This document shows positions 27,201-36,003 of a stretch of 64,000 nt of DNA, piece after piece. The stretch is taken from the IMG/VR virus record IMGVR_UViG_3300027759_003166. One strand, given 5' to 3'. Source of the DNA: a virus. Taxonomy: Duplodnaviria > Caudoviricetes. Position 1 is the first letter of the stretch. Every line of letters starts with the position of its first letter. A program made the translations under genes and the position numbers. The notes under the pieces were generated by a model. It saw only the letters and a list, made by a program, of their open reading frames with translations. It was not told where the DNA came from and did not search any database.

Positions 27201-27989
27201 GGGTGTATGTATATTAAATGACAATGTCTCTTTAGGACGAGCAATGGTCACTGTTTGTCCCGCTATTGGAAAAGTGGTACCACTGATATCACTAAAATCA
27301 CTCGATGTTATAACTATCGAGGTCCAAGTTCCTGTACCTGAGAATATAATAGGTGATGGTACAGGATATCCTGCTCCGGATATTATATCTCCTGCTAGTA
27401 ATTCAGCAGGTGGTGTAATTTCAAATTCTGTAACAGCATATGGGGCATTTATGATAGATTCATTTCCATATGTACCAATTGCTAGTTGATCAGTTGAAGT
27501 GGTGCTATAATTTATAACACCGTTTATTAATGCATCTGCTAAATTAACTACTACACTAGCGGTGGTATCGTTGAATATTGTACCTACTGGTAATGTAATT
27601 GTACCGTCTTCGGTAATTACCAATGTAGCAGTACCTGATGAGATACGATCTGTTTGTACATCAGTTACTACAGGATATGGTGGTAATGTTGCTGTAGTTA
27701 AATATCCAACATTGTTTTCAAAGTCACCAACATTGGTAGGTACTGTGGGATATGTGGGTAATGTACCAACTGTTAAATATCCAACATTGTTTTCAAATTC
27801 ACCTACATTGGTAGGAATAACTGGATAAGGAGGTAATGTATTAGTAGTTAAGTATCCTGCATTAATAATGCTATCAAAATTTGTGTAAACTTCATCAAAA
27901 TTATCATTGGTCTTTACCAATGCTGAACGTAGGCTTTCTCCATCACCTGTATATTCCCCTGATCCTACATTTATTGTTTGTTTTGCCAT
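24195..27989 (-). CDS. tail fibre/baseplate-associated protein with collagen-like segment
   Basis: MAKQTINVG...GDGESLRSAL.K.N.NF.E fibre N-terminus, beta-rich body, G-x-x repeats near C-terminus. Confidence 0.8.
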   Translation of the reverse strand: MAKQTINVGSGEYTGDGESLRSALVKTNDNFDEVYTNFDSIINAGYLTTNTLPPYPVIPTNVGEFENNVGYLTVGTLPTYPTVPTNVGDFENNVGYLTTATLPPYPVVTDVQTDRISSGTATLVITEDGTITLPVGTIFNDTTASVVVNLADALINGVINYSTTSTDQLAIGTYGNESIINAPYAVTEFEITPPAELLAGDIISGAGYPVPSPIIFSGTGTWTSIVITSSDFSDISGTTFPIAGQTVTIARPKETLSFNIHTPNDTSLFLNPGQDGNIILGKDLIPLENNVQSLGSVLNRWRHLWLGGGSIFIKDEIKDNDVGITARNDILTIIGSAGLKVGEFTFQDNQIIIADNARDIIVGSTTATGYVNFNRPVKMNDVNGYKVFEITREGLVTVFPKQNISISESALSIIGNAAGIQQPRNFTGTMLQITGQNGIATRISVDAFGTGAYPVIAGRAARGTVQAPTAVKNKDILLRFSTQGYGDNQYVQSIGRITVEATQDFTNTTAGTQVVIQTTPNGSNVITTSTIFNDRGIDFDGNVNGGITFYDRSRQTTAFTGTVDVSLINNLDTVAVVEVIAGVGLSGGGLANSISLDSTGVLSLAGTANQINVNGATASTNGSITLSLPQDLAPSSNVTFNDVNINGTLNYTGDLTNLIPNTVEGSILILGTTASNISQLDGGGIQLGTGTNLAASILWNRSKQYWDFDGSGINTQQLIATYSTLTNLRVIAGGKFGILNEDNLYPGALLQVDNDLNSYGQVVNINHNAGTQSSSDFVAVNDIGDDGSYYIDMGINGSNYNTSTWKVNGANDGYLFVQDGNLAIGTTEDRIVFFTNGTLAGNIEATITANGLNVANTVTSAGFFGPLTGDVVGNVTGTVSGNAGSVTNGVYANQTYTNPTWIGSLAGSKISGAVALATTVTNGVYTTDTGTVSNNMLAGSIANNKLAFSQITFTAGAGIGVSVASPSLGGSTTISNTGVTSITTGSGIYISTSTGAIVISAAVPQGPQGIQGTQGTAGSQGIQGNQGNQGNQGNTGSQGTQGITGAQGITGAQGITGAQGITGAQGITGSQGTQGIQGNTGNTGNTGNTGNQGTQGIQGIQGNVGNTGNTGNTGNQGTQGIQGITGSQGVQGIQGSYGINGVTSISTGTGIFVTTSTGAVTVSLNTATLMAQAVSLLGITNIKAGQVSIDPASLGKQSIGTQTVTVTGLTTNHKVVVTPGTTLPAGVFVAAAWVSSTNTLSVTFHNWGGAVDAAAINLTYFAWV
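24783..24866. repeat. perfect 18-bp tandem repeat (GITGAQ), 4 full copies plus a partial
   Basis: TCCGGTAATACCTTGTGC repeated from 24783. Confidence 0.9.
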
Positions 27990-27999
27990 AGTGATTCCA

Positions 28000-28452
28000 T
28001 TACCTGTTTATGCTTATACCATTCATTACACCCTGTGTAAATTCACTGATACGCCCCCTAATCCAAACAAAATTTCCAGTGAAATTATAAGATTTGTTGG
28101 CAGTAGTTTCTGTGGTATATCGAGTAGTGTCAACTCCTGCCACAGACACTGCGCCAGTACTATCTACAACATATCTGTTTCCGGGTGAGGTAAGTGTGAT
28201 TGTAGCCCAATCATCGTCGACAGGCGCAGATGCTAGTGTACCTTGTATCTCAATGGTACCTATGAAATCTGCTACGCTCCAAAATACAGTGTGTAACCCA
28301 TCGCTGCTGCCAAAGTAACCATCACCTTTGATGCGTTCACTTTGATAAATCAGCGCGGTAGTAGCAGTATTTGGGTAATCTACCTGTACAGAATTTGTAG
28401 TAGTATTACCGTTGGTGATTTTGAAAACAAGGTTTTGGCTTAATGCTGGCAT
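28000..28452 (-). CDS. probable virion structural protein
   Basis: beta-rich, Thr/Val-rich; late-type ATAAATA motif upstream; precedes fibre gene. Confidence 0.55.
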   Translation of the reverse strand: MPALSQNLVFKITNGNTTTNSVQVDYPNTATTALIYQSERIKGDGYFGSSDGLHTVFWSVADFIGTIEIQGTLASAPVDDDWATITLTSPGNRYVVDSTGAVSVAGVDTTRYTTETTANKSYNFTGNFVWIRGRISEFTQGVMNGISINR

Positions 28453-28462
28453 AATAAAGTAT

Positions 28463-29161
28463 TTATGCCGTCATTAAGTTCTCCCGTAGTATGAATTCTT
28501 CTACTCGTTTGACATTTCCGCTGGCAAACAGCCCAATCATAGTCAAAGTTTTCTCATCTTTGACATACATAAACGGATTGTATAACCATCTATGTTTAGA
28601 TTCTAACCACTTTTTAGAATTTTTACTAATGTTTATAGTATCAGGAAACTTAGCAGCCCATTCGGCAAATGCCAATCTACCCTCCATGGACCATGATTCT
28701 TTAAGATATACTTTATACTTGTATCCATCCTTGGGCAATATATCACGCAGAATCTTCTTATGCCCATTATCTAGCATATAATTAAGTTCTTCTTCTGTAG
28801 TAGGGCCAGATATTCTTTCTACCCAAGGTGCAACTGCTTTGTAGATATTCTCCAACAATACAGGATCTTTACAAAAGATATTATAATGCTTACCTTCTAC
28901 ACGAGTTTGTAGCTGATCTTTCAATGCTAGAAACGGCTCTAACCCTGTGGTAAATGCTAATAACTGGGCTTTGTTTTCTTTGCTCAATTTATCATTACTT
29001 TGCCAACGCCATAGAGCAGGAGCCGGTTCACCAAGACAGAAATCTTTAGTTTGATCAACACCGGCCCAGCGTAATCTACTGGCCCCACTGATATAGCATT
29101 CTATCTTGTAGGGCCATTTGTTATAGAATAACTTACTGGATGGTAGCTTCTGTATCTGCAT
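28463..29161 (-). CDS. hypothetical protein (232 aa)
   Basis: ORF overlapping clpA end. Confidence 0.7.
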   Translation of the reverse strand: MQIQKLPSSKLFYNKWPYKIECYISGASRLRWAGVDQTKDFCLGEPAPALWRWQSNDKLSKENKAQLLAFTTGLEPFLALKDQLQTRVEGKHYNIFCKDPVLLENIYKAVAPWVERISGPTTEEELNYMLDNGHKKILRDILPKDGYKYKVYLKESWSMEGRLAFAEWAAKFPDTINISKNSKKWLESKHRWLYNPFMYVKDEKTLTMIGLFASGNVKRVEEFILRENLMTA

Positions 29162-31409
29162 TTTTTTCTACCTTAACTACAGGCAATACTTCAACGATGT
29201 TGAGTTTAAGTTTGTCATCTTCTACTGATACTTCAACAACACCACCATTAACCAGCTTACCAAACAAGATTTCCTTGCTTAATGGCTTCTTAATGTATTC
29301 ATCAATAGTACGTTGTAGAGGACGAGCACCCATTTTGCTATCAAAGCCTTTCTTAATCAAATACTCAATAGATTCTGCGTTAGGTTTAACGTGTACATTC
29401 TTGTCTTTGATTAATGCGTTAAGTTCGTCAACAAACTTCTTAACAACTTTGGTCATACTTGTGTGATCCAACTTGCCAAACTTAATAATTCCATCTAAGC
29501 GATTACGGAACTCAGGTGCAAAGAATTTGTTAACAGCATCCTTAGGATCACCATCACGCTCTAAACTACCAAATCCAACACCATTCTTTTCAGCATCAGC
29601 AGCACCTAAGTTACTGGTCATAATGATAATAGCATTTCGACCATCTGCTTTCTTACCATTGCTGCCAGTAATAAAGCCATTATCCATTAATTGTAGCATA
29701 ACAGTAAGCACATCTGGATGAGCTTTTTCAACTTCGTCCAACAATAGAACACAGTTAGGGTGTTCTTGTAGATTAGTAATTAGCTGACCAGCATTATCTT
29801 CGAATCCTACGTATCCAGGAGGAGCACCGATGAACTTAGCCACACTGTGTTTCTCTTGATATTCGCTCATATCAAATCTAACCAGTTTAATACCCATATT
29901 GCCAGCAAGTTGTTTAGCAACTTCTGTCTTACCTACACCAGTTGGACCAACAAACAAGAAGCTACCTACTGGTTTATTGAATGCTTTTAGTCCTGCTTGG
30001 GCAATAAAGATCTTATCCAGTAGTGTTTCAATTGCTTTCTCTTGCCCAAACACTTTACCACGCATACTTTTTTCAAGTCCTGCAAGGTTAGAACCTTCTT
30101 TAGCACTAATTTGATCTAGTGGAAGATTGGCAATCTTTGCTACTTCGAATATAATCTCGTCGTGATCCACTACGCCGTTTTCTTCATCTTTGAGTTTAAA
30201 GCGAGCACTGGCACAATCAATAAGATCAATGGCCTTATCTGGCAATTTCTTATCACTCATATACTTGACAGAATATGTTACTGCGTCTGTAAGTGCTTGG
30301 TTAGTGATTTTAACATTATGATGTTTTTCGTAATACTTACGTAGACCTTTAAGAATCTTAATAGTAGTTGCTTCACTAGGCTCATCTATAGTAACACGTT
30401 GGAATCGACGCATCAATGCACGATCTTTCTCAAAATGTTTGCGATATTCTTCCCAGGTTGTGCTGGCTACAACTTTAATAGTACCTTTGCTCAATGCAGG
30501 TTTAAGCATATTTGCCATATCATTGCTGCTACCACTGTTAGCACCAGCACCACTCATCATGTGTGCCTCATCAATGAACAAGATACAGTTCTTTTTCTTT
30601 TCTAGAGCACCTAATACCATCTTTAAACGTTCTTCAAAGTCTCCACGATACTTACTACCTGCTAGCATAGCACTAATGTCTAGACTATAAACAGTATTAT
30701 CTTGAATAAATTTAGGAACACTACCTTCAACGATCTTACGTGCTAGTCCTTCTGCAATAGCAGTCTTACCTACACCTGGATCACCAATGAGCATTACGTT
30801 GGCTTTATTCCTACGTGCCAATACTAATTGAACTTCTTCAATCTCTGTTTCGCGTCCAATAACAGGATCAATCTTTTTAGATTTAGCACGAGCAGATAGA
30901 TTAACGCAGTACTGGTTAAGCATACGTTCAATTTGTGGATTTACAGGTTTCTCAACTTCTTCTTCCTGTTCTTCTTTATCAAACTCTTTCTGTACGTAGC
31001 TTAGAAACTTATCTTTGTCAATATTTGCCTTGCGTACAAAGTAAAATGCGTGACTTTTCTTTTCAGCAAACATACTAACAAAGCAGTCTACTGGTTCAAT
31101 AAGTAGTCTACCTGAAAACAATGCTGTTTGATATGCACGATGTAGCATACGATCAACAGTGGCAGTTTTCTTAGGGCGATCAAGGTCGTTAGTGACAATT
31201 TCATTAAGATCTGTGGTTATATATTTTTCTAAATCCTTAACCATTGAATTAACATCTGTACCAAAGTTAGTTAATAGTTTAGCAAATGGTTCATTTTTAA
31301 TCATACCGTACAAGAAGTGTTCCAGAGTAACATATTCATGACGATGTTCGTTGGCAAATCCAACGGCTGAATTGAAAATGTCTTCTAGGTCTTTGTTTGG
31401 TTGTAGCAT
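29133..31409 (-). CDS. clpA: ATP-dependent Clp protease ATP-binding subunit ClpA
   Basis: Clp-N (HEYVTLEH), DPVIGR, GDPGVGKT, GPTGVGKT, DMSEYQEKHSVAKFIGAPPGYVG, MGARPL. Confidence 0.92.
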   Translation of the reverse strand: MLQPNKDLEDIFNSAVGFANEHRHEYVTLEHFLYGMIKNEPFAKLLTNFGTDVNSMVKDLEKYITTDLNEIVTNDLDRPKKTATVDRMLHRAYQTALFSGRLLIEPVDCFVSMFAEKKSHAFYFVRKANIDKDKFLSYVQKEFDKEEQEEEVEKPVNPQIERMLNQYCVNLSARAKSKKIDPVIGRETEIEEVQLVLARRNKANVMLIGDPGVGKTAIAEGLARKIVEGSVPKFIQDNTVYSLDISAMLAGSKYRGDFEERLKMVLGALEKKKNCILFIDEAHMMSGAGANSGSSNDMANMLKPALSKGTIKVVASTTWEEYRKHFEKDRALMRRFQRVTIDEPSEATTIKILKGLRKYYEKHHNVKITNQALTDAVTYSVKYMSDKKLPDKAIDLIDCASARFKLKDEENGVVDHDEIIFEVAKIANLPLDQISAKEGSNLAGLEKSMRGKVFGQEKAIETLLDKIFIAQAGLKAFNKPVGSFLFVGPTGVGKTEVAKQLAGNMGIKLVRFDMSEYQEKHSVAKFIGAPPGYVGFEDNAGQLITNLQEHPNCVLLLDEVEKAHPDVLTVMLQLMDNGFITGSNGKKADGRNAIIIMTSNLGAADAEKNGVGFGSLERDGDPKDAVNKFFAPEFRNRLDGIIKFGKLDHTSMTKVVKKFVDELNALIKDKNVHVKPNAESIEYLIKKGFDSKMGARPLQRTIDEYIKKPLSKEILFGKLVNGGVVEVSVEDDKLKLNIVEVLPVVKVEKNADTEATIQ

Positions 31410-31912
31410 TATTTGTACTTTCTCTTTACTTTAGTTTTCTTAACTGCCATAGCCCATTTAAGGCTGCTGACTCGATCTTGGAATGTAATTCCCTCAAGAT
31501 GATCATATTCATGTAAGAAGCACTTACAGTTATAACCATCAAACTCTCCTTCTTCAAATTCTCCTCGGCTATTCTGCCAACGAGCCTTAATTGCTTTAGG
31601 TCGTTTAATATTAACATATATTCTTGGAAAACTCAAGCAACCTTCTTCCATATCAGCAATTTCTTCTGTATTACCAATTATAACAGGATTAAAGAATGCC
31701 TGAGCAGCTTCTGGATTTACTCTATGCCCCATAACAAACACACGGGCAGCAATGTTTACCTGATTAGCAGCAAGTCCAATGCCGTCAGCGGCAAACATAA
31801 TTTCTAACATTGCCTTTTCAAGTTCTACAGGATCCATTATAGGATTAGCAAAGTCAAAATCAGGCATACGTTGCCTAAGTATCGGGTCGGGGAATTTTAT
31901 AAGTGTCAACAT
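31409..31912 (-). CDS. def: peptide deformylase
   Basis: GIGLAANQV, EGCLS, HEYDHLEG. Confidence 0.92.
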   Translation of the reverse strand: MLTLIKFPDPILRQRMPDFDFANPIMDPVELEKAMLEIMFAADGIGLAANQVNIAARVFVMGHRVNPEAAQAFFNPVIIGNTEEIADMEEGCLSFPRIYVNIKRPKAIKARWQNSRGEFEEGEFDGYNCKCFLHEYDHLEGITFQDRVSSLKWAMAVKKTKVKRKYK

Positions 31913-31920
31913 AATAATAT

Positions 31921-32739
31921 TTACAAATTGATTTGTCTAAGCATTTGTTTTTGATATTCATTAAGATTAGTCGGTATAGTAATATTAATGTTCAATAATA
32001 GTCTGCCTTTCATGTATGCGTTAGATATATTTGGCATACCGTGTCCTTGCACAGCTAATGTTTGCCCATGTTGTGTACCAGGTGCAATGTTCACTTCTAA
32101 TGTACGACCATCTATAATAGTAAATGGTATATTTTTTCCTAGAATTGCATCTATACAATTAACCTGCAAGGTTTTAACTAAATCATCTCCCTGACGTTGA
32201 AATTCATGATGTGGCATAACGTGTACTGAAAGATGTATGTCACCCCTGGGTGCATTACTAACAGAATCGTCGCCCATTCCTGATAATCTCAGTGTAGTTC
32301 CGTCGACTACACCTGCTGGAATTTTAATTTCTAATACTTGATCTCTGCCCGACGGTAGAGTAATATTAGCAATAAGATCTTTTCCGTAATATGCTTCTTC
32401 TAAGGTAATTTGAGTTTGGAGATTTAGATTTCTATTTCTCATAGGTGGCCCACGCCTACCAAACATATCTCCAAAAGGATGTCCACCACCAAATGCATGA
32501 TGAAACATTTCTTCAAATCCCTGGGGTCCACCAAAGTGGAATCCCTGTGGTTGAGGATTATCGTATTGTTGTCTTCGTTGAGGGTCGCTTAATGTTTCGT
32601 AAGCTGCCTGTACTTCTTGAAACTTAGCTTTATCACCGCCGCGATCTGGATGATGTTGATTAGCCATTCGGCGATAAGCAAGTTTAATGTCGTCTGGTCT
32701 GGCGTTTCTATCCACGCCCAAAGTTGAGTAATGATCCAT
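31921..32739 (-). CDS. dnaJ: DnaJ/CbpA-type co-chaperone
   Basis: J domain with HPD, G/F-rich linker, C-terminal DnaJ_C, no Zn finger. Confidence 0.9.
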   Translation of the reverse strand: MDHYSTLGVDRNARPDDIKLAYRRMANQHHPDRGGDKAKFQEVQAAYETLSDPQRRQQYDNPQPQGFHFGGPQGFEEMFHHAFGGGHPFGDMFGRRGPPMRNRNLNLQTQITLEEAYYGKDLIANITLPSGRDQVLEIKIPAGVVDGTTLRLSGMGDDSVSNAPRGDIHLSVHVMPHHEFQRQGDDLVKTLQVNCIDAILGKNIPFTIIDGRTLEVNIAPGTQHGQTLAVQGHGMPNISNAYMKGRLLLNINITIPTNLNEYQKQMLRQINL

Positions 32740-32758
32740 AATTATATCCCTAATAGAA

Positions 32759-32801
32759 AAAAGGTATAGTAGATTATACTATACCTTTTAGGTGATGTCA
32801 A
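32759..32801 (-). terminator. 13-bp hairpin terminator overlapping consensus promoter TTGACA-N17-TATAAT
   Basis: arms 32759-32771 and 32777-32789; -35 at 32796-32801, -10 at 32773-32778. Confidence 0.75.
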
Positions 32802-32807
32802 GAGATT

Positions 32808-33011
32808 TTATTTCTTCTTAACTGGAACCTCAGTGCCTTCTAATTTTTTATGCACTTTGATTTTTTTACACACTTGAACCGGTTTTCCGGCCTTCATTAC
32901 AGGCTTGCCAGCCTTGTCTAATTTATCTTTACAAACTTCTTTTGTTTCCCCGCCAGCATATGCTGTGCTGGACATAATGCCTACAAGTAATACCGCTAAT
33001 AATTTATTCAT
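32808..33011 (-). CDS. small secreted basic protein
   Basis: signal peptide MNKLLAVLLVGIMSSTAYA, Cys pair. Confidence 0.65.
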   Translation of the reverse strand: MNKLLAVLLVGIMSSTAYAGGETKEVCKDKLDKAGKPVMKAGKPVQVCKKIKVHKKLEGTEVPVKKK

Positions 33012-33023
33012 TTTAATGTTCCT

Positions 33024-33596
33024 TTATAACATTGGTTGTTGTGGTTGTACAGGTGCGGGTTTGCCACCAAATCCTGTAACAACTGTTGAGGAGCCACCCG
33101 CTGGCGCTCCAAATCCTGAATTACCACCAAAGCCTGTTGGTGCTGGTGAACCAAAATTGCCGGAGTTACCAAAACTACCGGAGTTACCAAAGCCGCCTGC
33201 TGGTGAATTAAATCCGCCATTATTTGATCCTCCTACAGTAACTGTATTTTGTGCGCCTGGTGGAACATAAGTTGTTCCTAATCCTGGTTGACCTAACCCG
33301 CCGTTATTTGCACCATTTAATTTTTCTTGTGTGCGACCGTGTGCAGCAATACCAAGTACAGCGCCCATGGCAATGTGGAACAATCCTGCACCTTGTAGTG
33401 TTAATGGTTGCCATTGTGAATTAACTGCCCCATGGCTGAGACTTTGTAATAAACTCCAAAGTACTGGAAATACTACCATGTCCATGGTACAGATTAGCAT
33501 ATACATCCAACCCATCATTGGACGCCATTTACTGTTCATCCAATCTTCTTTTTTCTTCTCGCTTGCGCTGATTTTTTCTTCTTGCTCGTCTGCCAT
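33024..33596 (-). CDS. 3TM holin-like membrane protein with Gly/Phe-rich tail
   Basis: WMNSKWRPMMGW motif, hydrophobic helices, near endolysin/spanins. Confidence 0.6.
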   Translation of the reverse strand: MADEQEEKISASEKKKEDWMNSKWRPMMGWMYMLICTMDMVVFPVLWSLLQSLSHGAVNSQWQPLTLQGAGLFHIAMGAVLGIAAHGRTQEKLNGANNGGLGQPGLGTTYVPPGAQNTVTVGGSNNGGFNSPAGGFGNSGSFGNSGNFGSPAPTGFGGNSGFGAPAGGSSTVVTGFGGKPAPVQPQQPML

Positions 33597-33644
33597 GGGT
33601 TGCTCCGTTAAGTGTACTGATATTTATCAATTTTTCACGTAAAA

Positions 33645-34127
33645 CTATCTAACAAATATGAACTGCCAAAATAATGCACCAATTGGAACAATACATGCAA
33701 TAGCTGCAATAAACAACAGTGTGTTCATTATTAATTCACCCATTGTTTCACGCTGTCTTTGAATACGTTCTTCTTCTAATCTTTCCGCGTCTGCCCGTTC
33801 TTTGGCCATCCTAGTACGTTCGGCAATCATCTCATAATATACATCATCGTTGCCACTCCAGATTAACATATCTTTTAGATAACGTTCATCTTCACGTAAC
33901 TTCTTAGATGCCCAGGCAATTTGTAATGCTTCAGCAGCAATTTGGCTATCACTTTTCTTTATGCTTTCAATTTTCTTTTTGGTACTAGCAACGTGTACCT
34001 GATCTGCCATGCTGTAGAATTTACTAACTTCACCTATTAAATTATTAATATCTTTGCCCATAGCAATGGCACCTTTTATACCTGCTATAGTAGCTTGTGC
34101 TCCAGCGTAGATAGTTAGCGGATCCAT
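33645..34127 (-). CDS. coiled-coil protein with C-terminal TM helix
   Basis: ORF, hydrophobic C-terminus. Confidence 0.7.
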   Translation of the reverse strand: MDPLTIYAGAQATIAGIKGAIAMGKDINNLIGEVSKFYSMADQVHVASTKKKIESIKKSDSQIAAEALQIAWASKKLREDERYLKDMLIWSGNDDVYYEMIAERTRMAKERADAERLEEERIQRQRETMGELIMNTLLFIAAIACIVPIGALFWQFIFVR

Positions 34128-34366
34128 TATTTTTCTATACCTTTATCCTTGGGCCAATAAGGAATCATAGTCCAGCGGCATACTCTACCATTCTCTACGA
34201 ATTCATTTGCACCATACGTTTTTCTACCTTCTTCGCAAACTTTTTCAAGTTTACGCCAATGGTGGCTATCTTGTGGAGCAATTATAGGAGCATAAGGATC
34301 CGATGAAGCCGTAAGAATCAACAGCGAAAATGCGGATATCAGAATACCGGGTTTGAAAATCCACAT
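34127..34366 (-). CDS. small secreted/membrane protein
   Basis: N-terminal hydrophobic segment; GGAG RBS. Confidence 0.6.
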   Translation of the reverse strand: MWIFKPGILISAFSLLILTASSDPYAPIIAPQDSHHWRKLEKVCEEGRKTYGANEFVENGRVCRWTMIPYWPKDKGIEK

Positions 34367-34433
34367 TAGTACGCTCCATAATAGTGTACTATTATTTAAA
34401 GGAGCAGACTATTAAGTTAAGTATGTAGTTAAG

Positions 34434-34970
34434 TTAGAAGAAAAGCCAGAAGCCTTGTGCCATTAGTATTAATCCTACAGCACCAACACCTAGACTAGCT
34501 TTATACATCTTATTGTTAACTGCTAAGATACTTGCTGATAACAATACAATTGCAAGTTGGAATAACATACCTGAAAATGTTAGCCAAGGACCGTGTAACC
34601 TTGCTTCGTCACGGGCAGCTTCTAGTCCCTGTGCCTTTGCAAGTAATTCTTTCTTGCCTTCGCCTTTTTCAGGATCAGTTTCATAGCGAGCAATCTTTGC
34701 TTCTAGTTTAGCAATACGTTCTTTATCTTTACTTTGTTTAGCATCTTCTAATTGCCCTTCAGCAATAGTTTGCTTGATACTTTTAGATTGATAAAATCCA
34801 TAGGTGTTGCTGGCTTTTAGCAAATTAGTCTGTGCTATGCCGCTAAAGTTATTAGCAAGGTAAGTGTTGCCCGCTAAAAATAATGCCATAAAGACAATAA
34901 CTAATCCTGCCTTGTCTTTAATCTGTGCTTCACGTTCGCTACGTGATAAAGGTTTTGCTTCGTCTGCCAT
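34434..34970 (-). CDS. DUF4337-like membrane protein
   Basis: TM-coil-TM-TM layout, YGFYQSKSIK motif. Confidence 0.6.
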   Translation of the reverse strand: MADEAKPLSRSEREAQIKDKAGLVIVFMALFLAGNTYLANNFSGIAQTNLLKASNTYGFYQSKSIKQTIAEGQLEDAKQSKDKERIAKLEAKIARYETDPEKGEGKKELLAKAQGLEAARDEARLHGPWLTFSGMLFQLAIVLLSASILAVNNKMYKASLGVGAVGLILMAQGFWLFF

Positions 34971-34993
34971 CTTACGCTCCTCAGTGTGTTAAT

Positions 34994-35110
34994 TTATTCA
35001 GTTTTTTCTTTCTTTTGTAAAACAAATACTCCGGGTTTTTCTGGATCTTCAACCCATTCAGTGTCGTCGCCTTCTACCAACCCATTTAGAACTTTTACAA
35101 TTGGTTTCAT
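34994..35110 (-). CDS. small ORF MKPIVKVLNG... (38 aa), not in ORF track
   Basis: read manually; fills gap in operon. Confidence 0.45.
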   Translation of the reverse strand: MKPIVKVLNGLVEGDDTEWVEDPEKPGVFVLQKKEKTE

Positions 35111-35111
35111 A

Positions 35112-35249
35112 TTATGATCCTTCTGAGTTTTTGTTTTGTGCGGCAGCGGCAGCGGCCACAGCCTCGGCAGCGGCCAATACTTGTTTGACTAGTTTGTCAG
35201 CCGCATCGGCTAACTCTTTGTTGATCTTTTGTTGTTCTTCTGGTGTCAT
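35112..35249 (-). CDS. small Ala-rich ORF MTPEEQQKIN... (45 aa), not in ORF track
   Basis: read manually; starts immediately after endolysin stop. Confidence 0.5.
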   Translation of the reverse strand: MTPEEQQKINKELADAADKLVKQVLAAAEAVAAAAAAQNKNSEGS

Positions 35250-35250
35250 A

Positions 35251-35874
35251 TTATGCACCCATTACGTGTAATGCGTGTTGGTAGTGTTTAATACGATCAT
35301 CTAAGCCAATATAGCCGCCATTGATCTTACGTGTCATTGTTTTAATATCACCAGCATCTGCTTCGTTGTTTAGATTATTACTTTCCCAGAACCAGCAAGC
35401 ACTTTGTACAGCGCCTTCAAACGTAGCCAAATATTCTGGAATATCTTCTACAGGTGTTTCAATACTTTCGGCAAAACGTGTATAGTTATCTTTGCCTGTA
35501 AGTTGAATTAAACCACGTCCGCAATACTTGTAGCCATCGCCACTGTGTTCATCACCATTGCCCATACGACTAGCATATACACGATTAGCAATCATTTCTT
35601 GTTTGCCTGCATATGCACCAGCAATATCGTCATTGGGGAAATACTTAGGAAATACCTTACGCAATGTTACTGCTCTGTAGTTTAAGTTTTCTTTTAAGAA
35701 TACAAAACTACCGCTTTCGTGAGCGCATTGAGCTAGGAACGCTGCTACTCTGTTAGGAGTATTAATATCGTAATCAGGCAATGCTTGTTCTAATGCGTGA
35801 TACCAGTGATCAATATATGGATTACCTGGAAGTAATTGTGCCAATTGTTCTTGTGATAAAATAAAGTCTGACAT
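35251..35874 (-). CDS. glycoside hydrolase family 19 endolysin
   Basis: AAFLAQCAHES..F..LKENLNY, YCGRGLIQLTGKDNY, TRKINGG..GL.DR. Confidence 0.9.
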   Translation of the reverse strand: MSDFILSQEQLAQLLPGNPYIDHWYHALEQALPDYDINTPNRVAAFLAQCAHESGSFVFLKENLNYRAVTLRKVFPKYFPNDDIAGAYAGKQEMIANRVYASRMGNGDEHSGDGYKYCGRGLIQLTGKDNYTRFAESIETPVEDIPEYLATFEGAVQSACWFWESNNLNNEADAGDIKTMTRKINGGYIGLDDRIKHYQHALHVMGA

Positions 35875-35993
35875 TATTCCCCCTTGCGAAATACAGCAAC
35901 AACCTTCGTTTGAATGTTTTTAGCAAATTCAGGTTGTGGAAAATTCCATCCTACAAATGCTCCTAATGCTAACCAAAATAATGTTTCTAACAT
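35874..35993 (-). CDS. small membrane peptide MLETLFWLALGAFVGWNFP... (39 aa)
   Basis: read manually; AAGGAG RBS; TAATG overlap with endolysin start. Confidence 0.6.
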   Translation of the reverse strand: MLETLFWLALGAFVGWNFPQPEFAKNIQTKVVAVFRKGE

Positions 35994-36003
35994 AATATTC
36001 TCC

